This document shows, piece after piece, positions 10,658 through 19,746 of a stretch of 64,000 bases of DNA. Position 1 is the first letter of the stretch. Each line of letters opens with the position of its first letter. Source of the DNA: Deltaproteobacteria bacterium (GTDB taxonomy: Bacteria; Desulfobacterota; Deferrisomatia; Deferrisomatales; BM512). Under the pieces are notes generated by a model. The model was not told where the DNA came from. It saw only the letters and a program-made list of their open reading frames with translations, and ran no database searches. The translations under genes and the position numbers were made by a program. The DNA is taken from NCBI GenBank assembly GCA_030591565.1, contig JAUVAU010000005.1, positions 4,021-68,020 of the forward strand, given 5' to 3'.

Positions 10658-11989
10658 ATGAAAAGTACAAAGCTACTGGCTGCCGTGGCTATCGTCGCTA
10701 TTGCGATCACGGCGCCTTCGGTGGGTTATTCGCGCCCCCCTGAGACCAACGTGGAAAAACGTGACGAGCTGTACAAGAAGCTCGACATGCTCTCCGAGAC
10801 ACTGCTGCTGGTCATGCAGCACTACGTCGAGGAGGTGAGCACGGACGACCTCGTCCACGGAGCCATTGATGGCATCATGACCCGGCTCGACCCCCATTCC
10901 AGCTTCATGCCTCCCAAGGATTACAAGGAGGACCAGGTCGAAATTCGCGGGGCGTTCGAGGGCGTGGGGCTGGAAGTGACATTTCGCGATGGGGCGCTGA
11001 TCGTCATCACGCCCATAGAGGATGGCCCCTCGGATAAGGCTGGCGTCCTCGCCGGTGATGAGATCGTCTTCATCGGAGGCGAAGCGGTTGCCGACTTTGA
11101 TCTTGACGACGCCGTGGAGAAATTGCGCGGCGCCAAGGGCACCAAGGTGGAGATACACGTTCGTCGCAAGGGTGAGGCCGAGCTTGTGGCGATCACCATC
11201 GTCCGCGATGTGGTGAAGATAACCAGCGTGAAGAAGAGGCGCATCGGCGACGTTGGCGTTGTGCGCATAACCCGTTTTCAACGCGAGACCCATCTTGAGA
11301 CCCGCAAGGCGATGAAGAAGCTCTTGGCCGATGGGCCGCTTACCGGGCTTGTCCTCGACCTTCGCAATAACCCCGGCGGGCTGCTGGATCAGGCCGTCAA
11401 GGTTGCCGACCTCTATCTGAAGGAGGGCAAGGTTGTCTCCACCAGGGGGCGCGACCCCGACCAGGAGGTGGTCTACAAGGCGAGGGATGACGGCGACGAG
11501 CCCGATTACCCGATTATCGTGCTGATTAACCAGGGCACGGCGTCGGCCTCGGAGATAGTCGCCGGGGCGCTCCAGGACCACAAGCGCGCCCTTGTGCTTG
11601 GCGAGCGCAGCTTTGGCAAGGGCAGCGTGCAGACCCTCTTCCCGCTTAGCGACGGCTCCGGTCTGCGCATAACCTCGGCGCTCTACTACACGCCATCCGA
11701 GCGCTCCATCCAGGCAAAGGGGATCGTCCCCGACATAGAGGTTGGGAGCCTTCGTCCCTTTGTCGGGGGTCTGAAGAGGGCACCGAAAAACATGATCCAC
11801 GGCATGAAGCGGGAAGAGGACATCAACGGCCATTTTGAGACCCCAACCAAGGCTGAGGGTGGGGAAAAGGGTGTTGGCGAGCCTGAAAAACCTGACAATG
11901 ATCCACAACTTCTTCGTGCCCTGGAGCTGCTGAATAACTGGAAGCTCATGCGCGACATCGACAGGAGTTTCTCCGGGGAAAAGGGTTAA
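10658..11989 (+). CDS. ctpA: carboxyl-terminal processing protease (peptidase S41)
   Basis: PDZ segment 'GLEVTFRDGALIVITPIEDGPSDKAGVLAGDEIVFIGG', catalytic Ser region 'NQGTASASEIVAGAL' and 'GERSFGKGSVQ'. Start moved to ATG 10658 (signal peptide MKSTKLLAAVAIV). Confidence 0.9.
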   Translation: MKSTKLLAAVAIVAIAITAPSVGYSRPPETNVEKRDELYKKLDMLSETLLLVMQHYVEEVSTDDLVHGAIDGIMTRLDPHSSFMPPKDYKEDQVEIRGAFEGVGLEVTFRDGALIVITPIEDGPSDKAGVLAGDEIVFIGGEAVADFDLDDAVEKLRGAKGTKVEIHVRRKGEAELVAITIVRDVVKITSVKKRRIGDVGVVRITRFQRETHLETRKAMKKLLADGPLTGLVLDLRNNPGGLLDQAVKVADLYLKEGKVVSTRGRDPDQEVVYKARDDGDEPDYPIIVLINQGTASASEIVAGALQDHKRALVLGERSFGKGSVQTLFPLSDGSGLRITSALYYTPSERSIQAKGIVPDIEVGSLRPFVGGLKRAPKNMIHGMKREEDINGHFETPTKAEGGEKGVGEPEKPDNDPQLLRALELLNNWKLMRDIDRSFSGEKG

Positions 11990-12000
11990 CAGCTTAACCG

Positions 12001-13278
12001 ATGGCGACCACGAAAAAACCCAAGCCGACCGCCAAACCTGCCGCCAAGTCCGGCACCAAGTCCGGCACCAAGGCTGGCACCAAGTCCGGTACCAAGGTTG
12101 CCGCCAAGACCAGCACTAAGGCTGCCGCCAAGTTCGGCACCAGGGCTGGCACTAAGTCCGGCACCAAGATTGGTTCCAAGCCCAAGCCGCGGCCACGCAA
12201 AAAAGCCGGCCAAAAAACCGGTAAAAAAGCCGGGAAGAGCGGCAAGGGGCTGGGCCTCTGGCTGCCCGTGCTGGCGGTTGGCGCGCTGGTCGTGCTCATC
12301 GGTGGCTACCTGGCCAGCGAGTTCTATCTCAAGGTGGTGACCGACAGGGTTGAGGCGGTGGTTGGCGAGCTTGATGCCCGGGGCGTCAAACTCCAGATGG
12401 GTACGGAGGGGGCGGCTGTGGATTTACTTGACCAGCTCCGTAGCGTCGAGCGTTCCTCCTTTGGCGACCTGGAGATAGCAGCGGTACGGGGCGGCTATTC
12501 AAAGCTCTCTCTGGATATAATTCTTGGCGGGGACCGCTTCCCATTGGAGCTCAGGTGGTCCAACGATGCCGGCGCGCCGCCGGGTGACCCGAATCCGCTA
12601 CTGATGGACGGACATCCACGGCTGGCGCTGGTTATTGATGACCTTGGGGTTGACTATGAGATTGCGCAAAAGTTTCTGGACCAGCCCTTTCCGGTCACCC
12701 TCGCCATCCTTCCCCATCTGAGGCACTCCACAAGAATCGCCCGCCTTGCCATCTCCAAAGGTGCGCCCCATCTTTTGCACATGCCGATGGAGCCAAAGTC
12801 CTATCCCACCAATGACCCCGGTGAAGGTGCGATAATGGCCTCGGATACCCAGGACGAGGTGGTCGAAGACCTCGCGCGGGCGTTGATCTCGGTGCCCAGG
12901 GCCAGTGGTGTCAACAACCATATGGGTTCGTGCGCAACCGAGGAAGAGGAGTTGATGGGCTGGGTCATGGCGGAGCTGTCGCGCCGCGACATATTCTTTC
13001 TCGACAGCCTCACCTCGCCCAAGAGCGTCGCCGGTAGGAAGGCCAGGGAGGCCGGGCTGCGCTGGGCGACCCGACAGGTGTTTATCGACAATGTACTGGA
13101 GGCCGAGATGATTGACGCCCAGCTCCAGTCCGCTGTGGAGATAGCGTTGAAGTCCGGCGCGGCGATAGCCATAGGCCATCCACATGCCGAGACGATTGAG
13201 GCGATTGAACGTTGGCGTGACCAGTTCGCCCAAAGAGGTGTAGAGGTAGTCTGGCTCACCGAACTTTTACACAAGTAA
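12001..13278 (+). CDS. divergent polysaccharide deacetylase (YibQ-like) with Lys-rich repeat N-terminus
   Basis: C-terminal region 'LALVIDDLGVDYEIAQKFLDQPFPVTLAILPH...LLHMPMEP' is typical of the YibQ-type family. N-terminal (K/A)(S/A)GTK pentapeptide repeats followed by one TM helix. Confidence 0.8.
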   Translation: MATTKKPKPTAKPAAKSGTKSGTKAGTKSGTKVAAKTSTKAAAKFGTRAGTKSGTKIGSKPKPRPRKKAGQKTGKKAGKSGKGLGLWLPVLAVGALVVLIGGYLASEFYLKVVTDRVEAVVGELDARGVKLQMGTEGAAVDLLDQLRSVERSSFGDLEIAAVRGGYSKLSLDIILGGDRFPLELRWSNDAGAPPGDPNPLLMDGHPRLALVIDDLGVDYEIAQKFLDQPFPVTLAILPHLRHSTRIARLAISKGAPHLLHMPMEPKSYPTNDPGEGAIMASDTQDEVVEDLARALISVPRASGVNNHMGSCATEEEELMGWVMAELSRRDIFFLDSLTSPKSVAGRKAREAGLRWATRQVFIDNVLEAEMIDAQLQSAVEIALKSGAAIAIGHPHAETIEAIERWRDQFAQRGVEVVWLTELLHK

Positions 13279-13365
13279 GCGCCAAAATACGTTGACTGCG
13301 CGGCGGGGTCGCCTTGTACAATCGGCGATGCTTATGAACACGTCGGCAAAACTTAAACGCCCTGA

Positions 13366-14673
<1,308 letters not shown>

Positions 14674-14690
14674 CAAAAGAAGCACAGTGT

Positions 14691-14778
14691 GGAGGGGTGG
14701 CCGAGCGGTCGAAGGCGACGGTCTTGAAAACCGTTGATGTGCAAGCATCCGTGGGTTCGAATCCCACCCCCTCCGCCA
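14691..14778 (+). tRNA. tRNA-Ser (anticodon UGA), class II with long variable arm, encoded CCA
   Basis: Hand fold: acceptor GGAGGGG/CCCCTCC, D-arm GCCGAGCGGTCGAAGGC, anticodon stem-loop ACGGT-CTTGAAA-ACCGT, variable arm, T-arm GTGGG-TTCGAAT-CCCAC, then G-CCA. Confidence 0.9.
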
Positions 14779-14781
14779 TTT

Positions 14782-14900
14782 CAGCTTCATCTTTTGGCTT
14801 GATCCAGCGTCGCTCTCTTCGTTCCCGCCTCGCCGTAGTAGTTCTACTGCCTCGTCGGTCACTTGATCGCTCCTTGTCTGAAGCCAAAATCTATTGCTGG
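14782..14900. repeat. repeat unit A of a ~120-bp family ('cagcttcat...ctattgctgg')
   Basis: Aligns by eye with units at 15038-15158 and 19738-19949. Inverted ends TTTTGGCTT / AAGCCAAAA. Confidence 0.8.
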
Positions 14901-14906
14901 AATTGT

Positions 14907-15039
14907 GTGGGGGTGAGGATTTGAACCCACCGGTTCGGCAATTTGCCGTCAAGGCAAATTGGACAGACCTTCAGGTCTGCCCGAAGGGTGAGGTTTTGCG
15001 TGGTCCCGCAAAACCGAATCCATCCCACCCCCTCCGCCA
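14907..15039. other. tRNA-Ser-derived fragments: inverted 3'-end-like copy (14907-14933) and direct 3'-end copy (15015-15039), separated by short hairpins
   Basis: 14907-14933 'gtgggggtgaggatttgaacccaccgg' resembles the reverse complement of the tRNA T-arm/acceptor. 15015-15039 'cgaatccatcccaccccctccgcca' matches tRNA positions 14757-14778 apart from a 2-nt insertion. I could not fold the segment into a cloverleaf. Confidence 0.65.
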
Positions 15040-15158
15040 GCTTCATCTTTTGGCTCCATGCTGTGTCGCCGCCTTCGCTCGTTACTCACCGTAGTAAACC
15101 TACTGCTTCGTAACTCACTCGTCTGGACTCCTTGTCTGGAGCCAAAATCTATTGCTGG
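15038..15158. repeat. repeat unit B of the ~120-bp family
   Basis: Same ends as unit A. Perfect 11-bp inverted ends TTTTGGCTCCA / TGGAGCCAAAA. Followed at 15159-15195 by a second, truncated tRNA-like fragment 'tgtgggggtgtggatgagtcgaacc'. Confidence 0.8.
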
Positions 15159-15363
15159 AATTTTGTGGGGGTGTGGATGAGTCGAACCATTTCCCATGTT
15201 TTTTGCAAAAATCAATATATGGAATGACAAGCATTTCTAGATTTTTATGATAGACTGAAGCCTGTTATAGTGTCCCACAGGAAACCTTAGTCGGAATGTT
15301 TTCCTGCAGGCTAATTGTATAGAGTTCTTCTTCATGTGTACGTTTACCCTCAAAGGAGGAACA

Positions 15364-17079
15364 ATGTCCAAACGTAGATCGATTCTGAGCCGTAAAACCC
15401 CCGATTGGTCCTGGGAGGCGAAGCGAATGGATTTCCCATTCGGTTGCGAAGAACAGGACCTCCACGCACAACTCAGGAAATACCTTGAGCCCGGTGTACA
15501 CAACCTGGCCCGTGCGGTGTTGATCATAACCCTTGCTACGGGTGTGGCTGCTGCTACAGCAGGGGTGGCGATTGCGGCCCCCGGCCAGGTCATCGTCGGT
15601 GACGGCTCCGGCGGCGGTGGTGGTGGCGCAATTGGCAATGAAGTTTCTTTAGCCCGTTCTGGCGGCGCTGGCGGCGGCGGCGGCGGCGGCGACGACACCA
15701 TAACCGGCAGTGCCGGTGACGACGTCATCTTCGGAGACGGCTCCGGCGGTGGTGGCGGTGCTGGATACTACAACGGCGCTGGTGGCTCAGGTGGCTCAGG
15801 AGCAGACACTATTTTCGGTGGAGCAGGCAACGACATCATCGCAGGCGACGGTTTTGACGGAATCGGCAGCGATGGCGGCATCGGTGGCGGCGGTGGCGGT
15901 GGTAGCGGTGGCTACGATTGCAACTGGGGCGATGGTTGCACCTACGCAGGAGAGGGCGGCATCGGCGGTGGCGGCGGTGGCGCTGGTGCCAGAAGCGGCT
16001 ACGGAGGCGATGGCGGTTTCGGTGGCGGCGGTGGCGGCGGCGGTTATTATAGTGATGGCTACATTGGTGCTCCCGGCTCCGGCGGCGGTTTTGGCGCAAC
16101 GGATGGTACTTACAATGTGGAACCTTTCTTTAGCTCAAGTGGTGGTGGTGGTGGATTCTTCGGTCAAGGTGGTCTTGGCTCCAATGGCGGCAATGGTGGC
16201 GACGGTGGCGACGGCACATCCACTGGCGGCAATGGCGGCATTGGCAGAGATGCCCTCTCCGGTGGTGGTGGCGGTGGCGGTTTCAGCTACTACAGCGGCA
16301 ACGGCGGCAACAATGCAATTAACCAATTTTCTAATGGAATTGCAGGTCAGGCTGGCGACACCACTCAAGTGAGCTTTGATGACGATGCCGGTCAGACCAT
16401 CTTCACCGCTGTAAAAGCCGAGGTTGATGCCGGCAATATGACCGGCCTACCCGGCGGCGATGGTGACGACGTCATCGACGGCGGCGCTGGCTCTGACGAT
16501 CTCTTTGGTATGGGCGGCACCAACACCTTCGCCTTCGAGCTAAATGATGCCACATCGGGAAGTGATATCGACGTCATTCACGACTGGAGTGCAGGCACAG
16601 CCAACCTGATCAACATACAGGTAGCTGGTGAGTCCATTGATGAGACCAGCGTCAACCTCCTTATCGCATCGCAAGTCGCAGATGTAGGGGATCGCTCTTT
16701 TACCGTGAGCGACGGCACCAATGCGATGGGCATCACCGTCAAGAATATCGGCAGAGATCTGGTCTTGGGTGATTTCGTAGCCGGCACAGCCAGCGCGACT
16801 GCCGAAGCAGTCTGGTATGCCGATACTGATGGCGATACCTTTGGCGACCCGCTTGTCTCTCAGACGACATTCCCCCAACCCGTTGGTTATGTGAGCGATA
16901 ACACCGACTGTGACGACACGGAAGCGGCCGCATATCCCGGTAATACAGAGATCTTTGACCTTATCGACAACGACTGCGATGGGGAGATTGACGAGGGAGT
17001 AACTCCCACGGTCGACGACATCGTGGACGCTGCCTCCAGTAGCTCGGGTGGTTGCTTCATCCAGTCATTGCTGGACTAA
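15364..17079 (+). CDS. glycine-rich secreted/anchored protein with RTX-type (GGxGxD) repeats and C-terminal Cys/Asp-rich MopE-like motif
   Basis: Start moved to ATG 15364 (AGGAGG RBS). TM/signal-anchor 'LARAVLIITLATGVAAATAGVAIAA'. Poly-Gly tracts interleaved with 'GSAGDDVIFGDG', 'GGAGNDIIAGDG', 'GGDGDDVIDGGAGSDDLFG'. C-terminus 'DTDGDTFGDP...DCDDTEAAAYPGNTEIFDLIDNDCDGEIDEG' then 'SSSSGGCFIQSLLD'. Confidence 0.7.
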   Translation: MSKRRSILSRKTPDWSWEAKRMDFPFGCEEQDLHAQLRKYLEPGVHNLARAVLIITLATGVAAATAGVAIAAPGQVIVGDGSGGGGGGAIGNEVSLARSGGAGGGGGGGDDTITGSAGDDVIFGDGSGGGGGAGYYNGAGGSGGSGADTIFGGAGNDIIAGDGFDGIGSDGGIGGGGGGGSGGYDCNWGDGCTYAGEGGIGGGGGGAGARSGYGGDGGFGGGGGGGGYYSDGYIGAPGSGGGFGATDGTYNVEPFFSSSGGGGGFFGQGGLGSNGGNGGDGGDGTSTGGNGGIGRDALSGGGGGGGFSYYSGNGGNNAINQFSNGIAGQAGDTTQVSFDDDAGQTIFTAVKAEVDAGNMTGLPGGDGDDVIDGGAGSDDLFGMGGTNTFAFELNDATSGSDIDVIHDWSAGTANLINIQVAGESIDETSVNLLIASQVADVGDRSFTVSDGTNAMGITVKNIGRDLVLGDFVAGTASATAEAVWYADTDGDTFGDPLVSQTTFPQPVGYVSDNTDCDDTEAAAYPGNTEIFDLIDNDCDGEIDEGVTPTVDDIVDAASSSSGGCFIQSLLD

Positions 17080-17103
17080 CATCCTAGTAATCTCTTAATC
17101 AAA

Positions 17104-17140
17104 GATGGCCCCTCCTACTTAGGTGGGGCCATCATATTTT
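17104..17140 (+). terminator. rho-independent terminator after the glycine-rich gene
   Basis: 9-bp GC-rich stem GATGGCCCC / GGGGCCATC (17104-17112 and 17125-17133) followed by ATATTTT. Confidence 0.6.
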
Positions 17141-17160
17141 GGTCTTTGTACAATGTAAGT

Positions 17161-17220
17161 TTGGGGGTAACTATGGGGGCAACTGTAAAAACCTAATCAG
17201 CTAGAAGGCTGTATTTAAGG
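17161..17220. repeat. direct repeat DR1 (partner at 23348-23405)
   Basis: 'ttgggggtaactatgggggcaactgtaaaaacctaatcagctagaaggctgtatttaagg'. About 50 of 60 aligned positions are identical to DR2 by hand alignment. Confidence 0.75.
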
Positions 17221-17256
17221 GCTTTGCGGCTTCAATGGGGATGACACCCCCCACGT

Positions 17257-17333
17257 GTACGGAAGCGTTACGTACAGTTGACAGGCGCTCTTGTGGCTTC
17301 TATACTTCTTTTGTGTACGGTTGTTTTCCGTAC
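17257..17333 (+). promoter_or_regulatory. toxin-antitoxin promoter with flanking inverted-repeat operators
   Basis: -35 TTGACA (17278-17283), 17-nt spacer, -10 TATACT (17301-17306). Inverted repeat GTACGG-N7-CCGTAC at 17315-17333 and GTACG-N9-CGTAC at 17257-17275. Confidence 0.55.
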
Positions 17334-17351
17334 GGGAGAGAGGAGGGTGGT

Positions 17352-17621
17352 ATGGCTACCGCCAGATATGAGATGCGTTGGGATGAGGAAGTCAAAAGAA
17401 AGGCCGAGAAGGCGTCCGCTTTGTCAGGCTTCAAAAATGTAAAAGACTATCTTGTGGATTTAGTGGAAAAGGACGCAACCAAAGTGATTGCCGAGCACGA
17501 AAGCATTATGCTTGAAGATGATGTCTTTGATCGCTTTACGGCTGCTTGTACAAAGGCCAGGAAACCCAACAAGGCTTTGCGTGAAGCATTGAAGTTCACT
17601 CGCAAGCAAGGCGTCAAGTGA
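17352..17621 (+). CDS. DUF1778-family (RHH) antitoxin, TacA-like
   Basis: 89-aa product after moving the start to ATG 17352 (AGGAGGG RBS). Size, gene order and 4-nt overlap with a GNAT toxin gene. 'RWDEEVKRKAEKASALSGFKNVKDYLVDLV' fits DUF1778. Confidence 0.85.
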   Translation: MATARYEMRWDEEVKRKAEKASALSGFKNVKDYLVDLVEKDATKVIAEHESIMLEDDVFDRFTAACTKARKPNKALREALKFTRKQGVK

Positions 17622-18154
17622 AGAGGGGAGATGAGTTTGTAGAGCTTGACAAGACTGTCCATGATCGAAAATCTTTTGATTGCGGGGAGCGGGAGCTTGA
17701 CGATTTCATCAAAACCATGGCAGCACAACAGATGTCGGTGGGGGTCAATATTACAAAGGTTCTTCCCGCCGCCGCCCCCCTTTCTGGTGGTAAATATCCC
17801 ATTTGTGCTTTTTATACTGTCGCAGGAAGCACAGTCAAAAAGGAAACCTTCCCTGACACTCTAAAAAAGAAGCTCCCTGCTTACCCGGTGCATGTATTCC
17901 TTGTGGCGCAGCTTGCGGTGCATTCCGATTGCCAAGGCGAAGGGCTTGGCAAGATCACGCTGATAAAAGCCTTGGAATATGTGCATGGGGTCAAAGACCA
18001 TTGGCCTGGTGTCGCGGTAATTGTGGATTGCCTAGATGATTCCAACATTGATTTCTACGCAAAGTATGGCTTTGAGTTCCTTTGCAAGCAAAATGGAAGG
18101 ACTAGAATGTACATGCGGATGAAAGTTCTTTCCGAACTCTTCGATGACTCTTAA
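17618..18154 (+). CDS. GNAT-family acetyltransferase toxin, TacT/AtaT-like
   Basis: 178 aa; 'FDCGERELDDFIKTMAAQQ' N-terminal motif typical of TA-associated GNATs. Acetyl-CoA pocket 'QGEGLGKITLIKAL'. GTGA overlap with the antitoxin gene. Confidence 0.85.
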   Translation: MKRGDEFVELDKTVHDRKSFDCGERELDDFIKTMAAQQMSVGVNITKVLPAAAPLSGGKYPICAFYTVAGSTVKKETFPDTLKKKLPAYPVHVFLVAQLAVHSDCQGEGLGKITLIKALEYVHGVKDHWPGVAVIVDCLDDSNIDFYAKYGFEFLCKQNGRTRMYMRMKVLSELFDDS

Positions 18155-18174
18155 AGCCTACCAACCCCAGCCGC

Positions 18175-19746
18175 CTAGCCCTGGTCGTTGTCGATGACGC
18201 TGCGGAGTTCTTCGAACGCTTTTACATTTTCTTTTTGCAAGATGAGCAGGGCGGCGTTGGCGCCTGATTTGACGATCATCGGCACGCCTCCGGCGTACTC
18301 GGCCCAGTGTCCGCCAATGAAGAGGTTTGGCACCGGGGTACGGTAGTGGGCCACCTTGGCGCGAACATTTTTGCCGCTTGGTTTTACGCCCAGGGCGGTG
18401 CCTTCGGCGTTGGCGGTGTAGCGCCAGAAGGTGACTGGCGTGGCGATGCTTATAGTCTCTATGTGGTCGGCGAGTCCTGGTGCAAAAAGCTCTTCAAGCC
18501 GCCTGATGACGATGTCGGTAAACCATCTTTTGTGGTTGCGGTAGGCTTCTCCACGTTCCCAGTCGGGGCCGGTTTTCCAGCGGTCGAATTGTTCTATGCG
18601 TGCCGGACACCAGAGGGTGAGGGTGCCTTTGCCCGGGGGCGCCATTGAGGGGTCGCGTACTGAGCCCGCCACGGCCATGATGGAGGTTTTTTCCGGGTCA
18701 CCCGAGCTGTGGTCGGTGCGGAGCGCGTTGGGTGAGGTGAGGGTGAGTACCTCTTCGCCAAAGCCCCAGTGGCGCGGGTCGCGGTCGAGGCCAAGATATA
18801 TTACGACGCTGGAGGGGTGAAGCTCGGCGTCGTCGATGGTCGCCAGCTTCTTTTTTGGCATCACGCCGGGGGGAAGAAGGCTGTGGTAGAGGGTTCGCAT
18901 GTCGCTCGCTGCCACTACGTAGCGCGCACTGATCTCGTCGCCGCCTTCCAGCTTTACACCCGTGGCCCGCCCCGCGCTGTCGAGCGGGATCGACTCCACA
19001 CGTCGCCCTGTGACGATGGTGGCTCCGTCGCTGGTGGCCTTTCGGGCCAGCCAGTCGGTCAACTCCTGTCCGCCTCCCTTGGGCGGCAGCTGGTAGTTTT
19101 GGGTGAACGCCCAGGCAAAGGGCACGATGACGCTCATGAACTCTTCCAGAGCACCGAAGATGCTGCGCACCGCCTCGGTTTTGAAGTAGCGCTTGAGCCC
19201 CTTCTCCACCGGCATCCGGATGTAGCGAAAGACTCCGGGCAGCCACGCAAGCATCTTCAACCCGTATATGGCGCGCTCAACCACACCCATGGTGTCGGTG
19301 GTACGCATGCGGTTGGTGGCACGCGCCAAGTGGTGGCCGAGTTTTTCGGCGTCGTCGAAAAAGGTGCGAATACCCTCGGCATCGTCAGGGTAATCGGCGA
19401 TCATCCGGTCTCGAAGCTCTAACGGGTTGGAGGTGATGACGATGTCGTAGCCGCTTCCCTTGAAGCGGTGTATGAGCTGGGATTGTGCAAATATGGGAAA
19501 GTCTTCGCCGATGTGTCGCAGAAGTCTGTGGGCGAAACCGGTGGGGCCGCACTCGCTGATCCAGGCTATGGAGGAGTCGAAGTGAAAGTTGTTCCGGCTA
19601 AACCCCGCCAAATAACCACCGGGGGCGGGCTCGGCCTCCACCACCACACAATTTAGCCCCGCGCGCGCCAAAATGGCCGCCGCTACAAGGCCGCCGCCGC
19701 CTGCGCCGATTATCGCTACATCGCAATGTTCACAGTTCAGCTTCAT
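18175..19746 (-). CDS. NAD(P)/FAD-dependent oxidoreductase, phytoene desaturase (CrtI)-like family
   Basis: Rossmann motif 'DVAIIGAGGGGLVAAAILARAG'; length and C-terminal 'NLFIGGHWAEYAGGVP' fit the family. Start moved to ATG 19746 (GGAGG 6 nt upstream); the track ORF extends to 19878. Confidence 0.85.
   Translation of the reverse strand: MKLNCEHCDVAIIGAGGGGLVAAAILARAGLNCVVVEAEPAPGGYLAGFSRNNFHFDSSIAWISECGPTGFAHRLLRHIGEDFPIFAQSQLIHRFKGSGYDIVITSNPLELRDRMIADYPDDAEGIRTFFDDAEKLGHHLARATNRMRTTDTMGVVERAIYGLKMLAWLPGVFRYIRMPVEKGLKRYFKTEAVRSIFGALEEFMSVIVPFAWAFTQNYQLPPKGGGQELTDWLARKATSDGATIVTGRRVESIPLDSAGRATGVKLEGGDEISARYVVAASDMRTLYHSLLPPGVMPKKKLATIDDAELHPSSVVIYLGLDRDPRHWGFGEEVLTLTSPNALRTDHSSGDPEKTSIMAVAGSVRDPSMAPPGKGTLTLWCPARIEQFDRWKTGPDWERGEAYRNHKRWFTDIVIRRLEELFAPGLADHIETISIATPVTFWRYTANAEGTALGVKPSGKNVRAKVAHYRTPVPNLFIGGHWAEYAGGVPMIVKSGANAALLILQKENVKAFEELRSVIDNDQG

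Noticed and set aside
13292-13322. A sigma-70 promoter upstream of serS (TTGACT ... TACAAT).
   Set aside because: Both hexamers are good, but the spacer counts to 19 nt, which is outside the usual 16-18 nt. I did not report it as a feature, although it may still be functional.
14901-15040. A possible second tRNA gene between the repeat units. Candidates considered were Ser(UGA) on the minus strand and a tRNA-Sec-like UCA loop on the plus strand ('CGTCAAG').
   Set aside because: I could not pair any 7-bp acceptor stem. The T-arm copy has a bulge, the segment is about 135 nt long, and position 33 of the putative UCA loop is G rather than U. It is better explained as tRNA-derived fragments plus hairpins. 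tRNAscan-SE or ARAGORN should confirm this.
14779-15195. CRISPR array.
   Set aside because: The repeats are about 120 bp, imperfect and contiguous with tRNA-like fragments. There is no series of short (24-48 bp) identical repeats with unique spacers of uniform size, and no cas genes occur anywhere in the window.
15237-16372. ORFs 15237-15728 (-), 15710-16372 (+), 15836-16099 (-) and 16135-16368 (-), all overlapping the glycine-rich gene.
   Set aside because: They are artefacts of the GGN/GCC low-complexity repeats, which leave open frames on both strands. Only the frame starting at 15364 has an RBS, a membrane anchor and recognisable RTX and MopE-like motifs.
17235-17351. N-terminal extensions proposed by the ORF track: 17235 for the antitoxin, 15334 for the Gly-rich protein, 19878 for the oxidoreductase, 26840 for the REC-PATAN gene, 10610 for ctp, 43767 for the kinase-like gene and 47411 for the LPP20-like gene.
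   Set aside because: In each case an internal ATG is preceded by a strong GGAGG-type RBS and yields the family-typical N-terminus or signal peptide. The upstream extensions run through promoters, repeats or the preceding gene.
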